Below, in pieces: positions 54,119-64,000 of a stretch of DNA of 64,000 nucleotides. The notes under the pieces are model-generated. The model made no database searches. It saw only the letters and a program-made list of their open reading frames with translations, and was not told the DNA's origin. The DNA is from Lama glama. Its lineage: Eukaryota. Numbering within the stretch: position 1 is the stretch's first letter; every line of letters begins with the position of its first letter. The position numbers and the translations under genes were made by a program. The DNA lies in contig CM052818.1 in assembly GCA_028534125.1 (NCBI GenBank), forward strand, positions 30,010,001-30,074,000, written 5' to 3'.

Positions 54119-55979
54119 CTGGCATAAGACAAGGAGGAGGGGAGAAAACAGGATGAAGAAAAGGTTCACAGAGAAACATATGCAAACCATACTACTCTGA
54201 CACTAAAACTACAGTTAATTTTTATTTTAAAAATAGAAATATTGAAAGGAAATCTTAATGGTAAAAGTGTATCGGTAACAACAGTATTCAAGCATACAAG
54301 ACCCAGGAATGACTTCTATATCAAACAAAAAATTAGTATACTTTTGAGTTTAAAAATATTTTCAGCACAGGAGAAATTTCATTTAATATGGCTAAAATGA
54401 AAATACAAAATTAGAGTATTTTTATACAATTTGAGTGTAAGAAATACATTGACTTTTGCTTTACTAAGTTCTCCTACGGCAACATTTCCTCTTTTCTCCC
54501 CTAAAAAGCTAAAAAGACTTTCAATTACAAGAACGTCATAGAAGACTGATGACATCTATTTTTCATTTTAAAGCAAAACCTAGACAGAGTCTGGCCCACA
54601 CAGAATATGTAAAGCAATATTTCCTACCATACACTTCCTAGAACACTAATAAAAAGAGAAGCACATCCTATGCATAGTCAAATATGTCTGGCACATACTG
54701 TTTCCTCATGAACATTATCATCATTAAAGGTCTATGAAATCACACAAGTTAAAACACTTCCTTGACTTTGCTTTCCAATGTTATTTGAATATACAGTATA
54801 AAGGAACTTTTTTCCCTATCACATATTTATATTTATGGAAAACTACTGAAAATAGCTGAGACAAAGACTTAATTTCCTAACTTACACAGGTCAGCATAAA
54901 ACAAGAAGTAAAGGCCAAGTCTAATAACCTCATTAATATTTATATTATAAAAGGCCTTTATTAGAAAGCTTATATTAAGGAAAAATAACTGCTCCAAGAA
55001 TAGCAAATGCTTAGTGTGTATTACCAACCACCTTACACTGTTTGAGTTAATTACTACATTCAACAAATGAACAACACTGAAGGGCAGGTACTATGATTCT
55101 GCTTTGGCTGACTAAGTAAAGAATGGCTCAGAGAAGTTACCCTGTAGAGCTGATAGTGGTAGAACTAGGGTTAGAACCAACGACTGTGTGAACTCAAAGC
55201 CAGTGAGAGGCACAGTGCTAAGCATGGAACTTACGTCAACTCATTTAAACTTTGCAGTGGCACATGGGTAAGTACTATTGTTATCCCATTTCACAGATAG
55301 TAAATCTAAAATTGAGGGAATTAATTTGCCTCTGCAAATTAATGGGAAAAAAACAGGTAATCTGACAGCCTATCTTAAAATCTAACAATGGCTTTATTAT
55401 GGCAGAATTCTAATGAACTACTGAAAAAGAAAACTAGGCTACAATCACCAGATAGAAATAACAACAAAATTGTACATAGCCTCTTACAACAAAAAATTTC
55501 CTCAACTTAAAAAAAACATGTTTATTATAGTGCAGTCATCCTACACTTCATTTAACTTACACAAATTCAACTACATGAACTTGGTCAAAGAAACAGCAAT
55601 CATAATTCTCATAAACTGTGTGTCCCCAAATGAAATCCATCTGCTCCAAGTGTTCCACCAAAGCAACAGCAATTCCAATTCTGGAGAAAAAATTATTGAA
55701 CTTACTGAAGCACTTATGTTGTACTTGTACTTCTGGGGTAATTTAAGTGAATTTCAACATTAACCACGTGTACTTTAGCCCCTTTACTGATTTTAAAATC
55801 TAATGCCCAAATCAAGTAATACTTAAAGGAAAATGAATTAAGTCACTAAAACACATAACAGACAAACAATCCAAGAAAAGTCACCACGCTATTACAAAAC
55901 TAACTTTCAAATCTTTTGCACAGTCTTTGAGTTTTCAATATCATTTTCTGTTTTTATACTAAGGACCTCTAAAACTAGA

Positions 55980-58400
55980 TATGAAAAAAAAACAGGTGAG
56001 AACAAGACAAAGATGACTATTACCACCATTTCTATTCAATATCATGCATGAAGTCCTAGGATGCACAACAGACCAAGAAAAGAAATAAAAGATAAAACAA
56101 CTAGAAAAACAAGAAGTAAAACTCTGTTTATTAACAGATTACATAACTGTATATTAAAAATCCCCAAGAATTTACAAAATATTAGAATAAGTTACTATAG
56201 CAGTGTTACCAGATATGAGATTAATATATACAAATCAATTATATTCCTATACACTAGCAACAAGAGAACAGAAATACAATTAAGAAAAATATTACTTACA
56301 ATAGCATAAAAAAAATCAAATACCTAGGTACAAATCTAAGAAAGATGTGCAAAACTTCTAGTGTACTGAGAAGTATAAAACATCACCCAAGATATATTGA
56401 ATACTTAAATACACTAAAGAACTTACATACCATGTTAATGGACTGAAAGATTCAATATTTAAGATATTAAATCTCTCAAATGACTTACATTCAAACCACA
56501 AATTAAAATAAAATACTAATAAGCTTTTTTTGTGTGTAAATTGTCAAGCCAATTCAAAAATTAAATGAGTTTTAATATATAGGTGATTATAGCTAATAAT
56601 ACCATAGTATACACTTGAAAGTTGCTAAGAGACTAAATGTTAAATTTAGACAAATCCACAAAAGGAAAAAAAAAAGATAACTATGTGATGGGATGAAGGG
56701 ATCAGCTAATTCTATAGAGGTAATCATTTTACAATATATAAGTGTATCAAAACAACATGTTGTACACCTTAAACTTGCTCAAGGTTATATATGTAAATTA
56801 AATTTTGATAAAGCTAGAAAAAAATGAAATACAAAAGACATTGAAACTTTATGAAGGATGATCTTTAAGAAAAAGAATGTTGGTGAATTTCACCCCTAGG
56901 TACACACCCAACAAAACTGAAAACATGTATCACACGAAAACTTACACAAAAATGTTCACAACTATTTTTCTTAATAATCAACAAGAGGAAACAACCCAAA
57001 TGTCCACTAATTGTTGAGTAGATAAATAAAATGTGGTATATCTAAAAAATTCTAAAAAGTGGTGTAACCATAAGATGGAGTATTATTCAGCCATTAAAAA
57101 GAGACATTTAACACACTAAATGGATGAACCTTGAGAACATTAAACCAAGTGAAAGAAACCAGACAAAAAGGTCAAATACTGTATGATTCCACATTTATGT
57201 GAAATGACCAGGGTAGGCAAATCCATAGAGACTCAAAATATATTAGTGATTGCTAAGAGATGGGAGAGAGGGGTATTGGGAGTGACTGCTAATGGCTATG
57301 AGGTTTCTTTTTGGAGTGATGGAAATGCTCTGGAATTAGATACTGGTGATGATTATGTAACATTGTGAAACTTTATACATAAACTTTCTAAATCTACCAG
57401 AAAAAGAAAGAAAAAGTTGGTGGGTTTATTGTATCAGATGTTAAGACCTGTGAAGTTACAGTAATTAAGATAATGAGGTATTGGCATAAAGCTGCACAAA
57501 CTGACCAGTGGAACAGAAATAACTGAAACAGATAGTAGACAAATGATTATGAACAGAGACAACGTTGCAGTAGAGTGGAGGAAGGATAGTATTTTTCTCA
57601 TAAGTGATTAAACACTGGAAGAAAGAATTAGTAAACTAAGATAAATTAGAAGAAAATACTCATAGTAAAAGAAGAGATTTAAAAAGTTAAACTTGTATCA
57701 GTTATGGTGATGAGGTATAACATACATGAAATTGAAGATGCAAAAAGAGAGAAGATAGAACATAGGACAGAAGTAATGTTTGAACAGTTAATGTCTGAAT
57801 CTTTCTCAAGCTGATGGAAGATATCAAGTAAGGATTCAAGAAGCGCTATGAATCCCAACCAGAATAAATACAAATGAAACCACATATAGGAACATAAGAG
57901 AAAAATGCTCAGTGAGAGGGAGAGAGATGGGGAAAGAGGGGAAGAGAGGCAGAGAAGGTAGAAAGGGAAGGAGGCAGAGAGAGACAATATGAATCTCAAA
58001 AACACCTTGAAAACTGACAGTGACTTTAAAAAAGGAATAAGACTGACAAGTTACGTCTAAAAAAATTGGTTTAAGGCAAAAAGAAAGATTATATTTAAAT
58101 AACTAGAAGAAGTAATAGCTTAGAATTCTATAACATGTGATACTTCAAGAATGAAGATGACACCTCTTGATCCAAACAAGCCAAATGTAGAAAGTTATTA
58201 TTGTGATATTCAGATAAATGTAATTAAGTATTGGAATTTAGATGATAGCGTGAAATTAATTATGCTAATTTAGTTCATTATAATACAACTCATCATAATA
58301 AACCATAGTTTGTTTAGATAATTATAATAAAAATGGAATCAGTTATTAAAGAGGATTTTCACATTGTTTAAGGTACTTATGTGTGTGCTACGTATGTAGA
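55980..58400 (+). mobile_element. Cluster of nested L1 fragments (ORF2 remnants, 3' ends at ~56590-56820 and ~56880-57370)
   Basis: caaatcaattatattcctatacactagcaa, tggatgaaccttgagaacatt, gtaggcaaatccatagagac motifs. Confidence 0.7.
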
Positions 58401-58415
58401 GGTGGAAGTGATATA

Positions 58416-58636
58416 CAGTTGACCCTTGAACAATACAGGGCTTAGGGGTATCTACCTTCTGCACAGATGAAAAATCCATAGAAAACTTTACTGTCAGACC
58501 TCTGTGTCCACAGTTCTGCACATGTAGTTTTAACCAATCATGAACCAAGTAGTACTGTAGTACACATTTATTGAAAAAAAATATGAATATAAGTGGACCC
58601 ACACAATTCAAATCCATATTGTACAAGGGTCAACTA
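58416..58636. mobile_element. Tigger2-family MITE (MER8-like)
   Basis: TIRs cagttgacccttgaacaat / attgtacaagggtcaacta, TA flanks. Confidence 0.75.
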
Positions 58637-59054
58637 TAATATCTAGGATTTGTTTTGAGGTACTTCAGTAAAGAAAAACAATAAAAATGAAATGTGAAAA
58701 ACATCAATACTGGCTATGCGGTTTACCAAATTATTCAAAAAATTTTGAAAATTTCCCCCTCAAAACTAAGTAAACTCATCATCAGTAGTAGACAAGAACA
58801 AAAAGTGATCCTACAGAGTAGTTTTCAGATATAAAGAAAATCATTCCACATAAAAGCTCAAAAGCACAAAAAGGAGTAAAGAGGAATGAGAATGAAATTA
58901 TGAGAAAATCCAAATGAATACTGAATATAAAAAACTATAATAATCATGGGAATTAAAATACATATACAACTAAGGTATAAAACCACAATGACACGTAATT
59001 TGGAAAGGTAATAAGATAGTGTTCAATATATTTGCACTGCATGGTAAAAAAAAA

Positions 59055-59554
59055 NNNNNNNNNNNNNNNNNNNNNNNNNNNNNNNNNNNNNNNNNNNNNN
59101 NNNNNNNNNNNNNNNNNNNNNNNNNNNNNNNNNNNNNNNNNNNNNNNNNNNNNNNNNNNNNNNNNNNNNNNNNNNNNNNNNNNNNNNNNNNNNNNNNNNN
59201 NNNNNNNNNNNNNNNNNNNNNNNNNNNNNNNNNNNNNNNNNNNNNNNNNNNNNNNNNNNNNNNNNNNNNNNNNNNNNNNNNNNNNNNNNNNNNNNNNNNN
59301 NNNNNNNNNNNNNNNNNNNNNNNNNNNNNNNNNNNNNNNNNNNNNNNNNNNNNNNNNNNNNNNNNNNNNNNNNNNNNNNNNNNNNNNNNNNNNNNNNNNN
59401 NNNNNNNNNNNNNNNNNNNNNNNNNNNNNNNNNNNNNNNNNNNNNNNNNNNNNNNNNNNNNNNNNNNNNNNNNNNNNNNNNNNNNNNNNNNNNNNNNNNN
59501 NNNNNNNNNNNNNNNNNNNNNNNNNNNNNNNNNNNNNNNNNNNNNNNNNNNNNN
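59055..59554. other. Assembly gap (500 N)
   Basis: Direct observation. Confidence 1.
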
Positions 59555-59569
59555 TAGTTTAGGATTAGC

Positions 59570-60410
59570 TGCAATATGGCGTCTGAAATCTTATCAGTGA
59601 ACTATTCAAACTCTATTACGTTAAGGTTAACAGCCTATCTTATACTTTTAAGTAATCTTTTGCCCATGCGTGATGTTGAATGACCATGCAATGATCATTT
59701 GGAAAATACTGTTTCACCAACATATACAGATATTCCAAATGCGAACACACTTCATTATATGATATCAGAAAATGACACTCACTAATGTATCACTGGAGCC
59801 CATCAGAAAAGTCTTTATGTATTGAGAAGCTGTCAAGTTCACTTCAGAGGATACAAGTTTTTCAAAATTCTAAATTTTGCTTAAAAGCTCTACTTTCAAC
59901 ATTGGCAGCAAATATTACCAATTGGATGGATACTGGTGGGCTTTTTCTATTCATTTTTGAGAAAATACCTGCCAAATAATCAAATCTGAATAAACATATT
60001 ATATCAGTCATTCTTGCAAATAAATATGGTGTTTCATGAAATAAGCAACTAGTTCAGCTTGTAACTCTTAACAACAACTGCACAAGTGCTTGTCCTTGAA
60101 ACAACCATGGCTCTTCAGTATACAACATTCATTCATACTTCCCATTTCATCACAAAACATTTAAAAGATGTGTACTTGTGGGTTCAAAATTTAATAAAAC
60201 TAACAACTTTTAGTGTTTCATCAAAGATATGTCTAAGTGAATCTGGCATTTGTTACTGTAAGTGCTTAGGGAAGAACATCATGCTTTTGTACAATTAGTA
60301 CAAATGTCAATGCAGTGAAAAAGGCAAATAACATTAACAGTTGACCCATGAACTTCCTGAAAGGATCTCTGGAACCCTGAGGGAGCCTCTGCCATACTTT
60401 GAGAAACACT
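59570..60410. mobile_element. hAT-Charlie DNA transposon relic
   Basis: ttcagcttgtaactc...cacaagtgcttgtccttgaaacaaccat motif, ends ...tactttgagaaacactg; recall only. Confidence 0.5.
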
Positions 60411-62117
60411 GGGCCAAAGAAGACTAACAGTGGCAAGGGGAAAAGACTCAGATCATACAAGATTTTCTGTGCTATAGTAGAGACTTTGGACTGTAGAATA
60501 ATGGGAAGACATGACAAATATTTTAAGGAGAGGTAAGGTGATGAGATCAGGTTTGCATTCAAATATGACTGCATTCAGATTTGGAAAACGTAGAAAAGTG
60601 AGCCAAGAACAGATGCAGAAAGGACAGGTATAAAGCTATTATCATAGTCCAGGTTCAAGATGACTATGGCTTAGACTGTAACCTTGAGAGGTAAGAAAAT
60701 GGGCAGATTTGAAATATATATTGGTGGAAAACAGACTCTGATGATAGCCTCAATGGGGAGAATAAGACAACATTCAGATTTCTGTTTTGTGCCAGGGATG
60801 CCATTAAATGAGAAAAGGAATGCAGCAGAAGGCCTGAAGGTGAGGAATAAAATGAAGACATATTAATATGGAGATTTACATCTTGATTTCTAAGTTCCCT
60901 CTTCTGGGTCTTCAGTAATGAGTATGGCTGCTCTTGTGTATTTAACTCCCTGGTGTGGCCTGAGCTCTGTGGTGTTCTCCTTACACTCTATAATGAATTT
61001 CATTCTATCCTAAGGTGTATAGAAGGAATCTATAGGTGGAGTTCTAACCTCTCCACTGAGTTGTACTCATAAGTTGGCATATCACTTAGATAGAGAGAGA
61101 CTGGCTTGAAGAGCCTAAGTCATCAGAGGAGAAAACATACCTAAGGAAGAATAAGTCATTAAAAAGCAAGTAACAGACCAGAAGTATAGTATGATCTCTT
61201 TTACTAAAAATGTTCATAAACAAGCAAGTAGCAAACCAGTCTAAACAGCTAAACATCTTATTAACAATGGTAATCTAGGAGGATATAGAGATTAGAGTTG
61301 AGCCATTTTACATTTTACTTATATTTCTGTATTTGATTTTACTTTTGCTTTTTCCATAATTCATAATTCACTTTTAAACAAAACTAAGACTAACTCCCAA
61401 AATGTCTTATATTTAAAGTGATCATTTTAATATGTTTACAAATAAATTTTCTAATATTTTGGTTTACTAGCAACACTTGCAGTAAGTTAAGTGGGATGGA
61501 AGAAAACAAAAAATATAACGGTCATTGCTTTATCTAACAAAACTAAATAAACAACAAATTCTAGCACCAGAAAAGATTACACAAATAGTGTTATACAATC
61601 CCAGAAGCATATTCTTCAGAAATGTATGCAAGAATGTATGTAATGCTGTGTACCAAGTTTACCTCCCAAAAGTGGGATAGAAGATGCAGAAAATCATTTT
61701 TACTTTCTGCATCTTTGCTTATTACAATAAGTATACATTAATTTTATTTTCTGAAATATGACATAGCATGTTCTTTGGTATTATGGACAGCAAAGGCACA
61801 TCAAATAAAATTGAAAAAGCTATATAAGAAATAACCAAATTTCAGTCCTCTATTGACATTAAAGTCATACTGACATGCAATGAAACACAAACAAAAACCA
61901 AATTCACAATCCGTTCAAAAATAATTTCAGTATTTTTTGATGAGGGAGTTAAGAAACAAAGGGAAATAGTTTACTGATTCACAGATACCGAAATTCGCTT
62001 CTAAAAACCTGTAATTTTTAAAGACAGAATACAGTAACTGCAATCTATTAGAAGTCAATGGTAGCTTAAACCCAAGATATCAAATTCAGAAACTCCTTTA
62101 ATAAAAGACATTACTAC

Positions 62118-62251
62118 CTGAAAGGACATCTGATAAATCAATTTCATCTGACTGGACACCAATGCTGCTGTTGTACACATTTTTACAAGAAGAGCCACTC
62201 ATCTCCAAATCAAAGAGGACTGGATCAAATGGTGAACTATATAATCCATAT
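62118..62251 (-). CDS. BIRC6: BIRC6 coding exon YGLYSSPFDPVLFD...LSDVLS, 134 bp
   Basis: tttccag| and CAG|gtagta; phase 2-1. Confidence 0.93.
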
Positions 62252-63009
62252 CTGGAAAATAAAATAAAGTTCTAACAATTTTCCTGTCAGCCATCTAATT
62301 AGCAAATCATCTATTTACTTAGGTTTAAAAGTAGTTTTTACACAGGGTAGGAGGAGACACTAACCAGATTTAACTCCTTAAATTCACTGAATCTCAACTA
62401 TACTCCAAAAAACACTGATCAGAAACACAACAAATGTGATTTCATTTTAAACTGGTAGCTAATGATTCATCTGCAGACTGAATCAAGGAAGAGATATGAG
62501 GCACCCATCCCTTGCCCCAGTCATTTACATTAACTCAGCAGAAAGTACAAGGGCTGAGTAAAATGTCGTCAAAAATCAAGATTTCTAATTTAAAAAGATT
62601 ACAAAAATAATTGTTTTATATAAAACAATACTCTACTTCAAATGATTGGGCAAAAACTCAGATCTAATCTTTAGCTATTTCTTATTTCATTAGTTTAAGT
62701 TTTAGAAAATCAAACAGCAGATGACAAATACTAGCTAAGGACAGTAAGTGATTTACATAATTCCACCCACAAAGTTTTAAGAACAGAGAAACAAATTCCC
62801 TTAAATATGTCTTCTATTAGCAAGAACTACCACTTTTAAGTGTTTTAATATAATTAGCCCTCTGAATAACCATCTCCTGGACTTTCAAAATTGTTCAAGG
62901 GATATATTTCCAGAAAAAATAAAGAGAGAGAGAACCTTAAGCAAATACATATAATAACAGTTCTGTACAAAGGTGGCATCATATCCAGAAAGGCCCGAGA
63001 TTAAAATAC

Positions 63010-63157
63010 CTTGTCTGAAGCAAAGCCTCCATTGGTGTTAGTCTGTCCTGTAACTGTCTGGACACAGCAGTGAGCAGGGATGCACACGCAGTGCTGCACC
63101 CAGCTAAATCTTCATCTTTAACATAATTCAGTAAGACAAAATACCAATAGACAGAAC
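63010..63157 (-). CDS. BIRC6: BIRC6 coding exon (G)SVYWYFVLLNYVK...ALLQT(R), 148 bp
   Basis: tttttag| and AAG|gtattt; phase 1-2. Confidence 0.93.
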
Positions 63158-64000
63158 CTAAAAACACCACAAATAAATCAATGTGTCATTTCCTTATTTT
63201 CTCTAACAAAAAGAACTTCAGATTTCATCTTTATCAGAATATCCCCTTTTCCTAGGAAGATTTTTGGGAAAAGAAAATCTGTAGGGCAACCTACAAAAAA
63301 GGATTAACTCCCCTCAGGGACTCTGACAAAGAGGACACTGGCAAAGAATTTCAATCATATTTTTTGAGAAATATATCAGGTCAATCTAGTCATTTAGGTT
63401 TTCAATAACATGAGATGACTCTGAGGGACATTTTATAACAGCTAGAAGAGTGGAGATGTCGGGTCCTTCATGCCATCTTTCCTAAAATACTGTTTCTCTG
63501 TACTAAAAATTTCAAAAACAATGGATGGCAGCTACAAATAACATACTGTAACAAGGAAATGAAGTACAGTTATTCTATACTGCCAGTTAGATATAGGTCA
63601 ACATAGCTTAAAGGATTATCATGATGATATATTTTAAGACTCATAAACTTTCACATATCTAACTACTAAATCCTAAGTATACCCCATAATTTAAGCATCC
63701 TACCTCTAAGACTATCCTCAAGAAACCGTTTTAAACACCAGAGACTATTAAAGTGAGCAACCAAGTCCAAAACATTCTATTCTATATAATTAGAAGTTAA
63801 TAATTTTAGCCAGTATATGTTCAAGGTAAACATAAACAGACTTTTTGTCTAAATTAAGACATTGATTAAAAAAAAAAGCATTTACAAACTAACTTTGAGC
63901 GAGCTTTTTTTCTGATATATCACAAAGATCAAATTCTTGTGAAATATGTTTATCTCACTGAGATAACTTGTTGAATGGGTTGTTTATTTATGAAACAAAA

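Noticed and set aside
52831..54132. Overlapping antisense or alternative-frame ORFs (52831..53193+, 53825..54103+, 53878..54132-)
   Set aside because: Shadows of GC-richer, low-complexity BIRC6 exons; no independent coding signal

Overview
AT-rich mammalian genomic DNA covering the middle of BIRC6 (BRUCE/Apollon, the giant IAP/UBC-domain E2-E3 enzyme) on the minus strand. The gene runs off both ends of the window, and the BIR and UBC domains lie outside it. I traced 36 complete coding exons and one gap-truncated exon by their splice signals, and phase is continuous at every junction that can be checked. One exon expected from my recollection of the human protein is not visible and may lie in the second 500-N gap. 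A tRNA-derived SINE and the L1 3' ends look camelid, so the species is probably a camel, llama or alpaca (inference). The introns hold a frameshifted RPS29 processed pseudogene, a 29-bp tailless 5S rRNA retrocopy, and L1, L2, MIR, Tigger, Charlie and LTR relics. I found no new multi-gene system. The most interesting signals concern splicing: a 97-bp tandem duplication that copies an acceptor and exon start out of frame, a 9-nt microexon with SRRM4-type architecture, other candidate in-frame or poison cassette exons, and a GC-AG intron. Repeat family names come from recalled consensus motifs and were not checked against a database.
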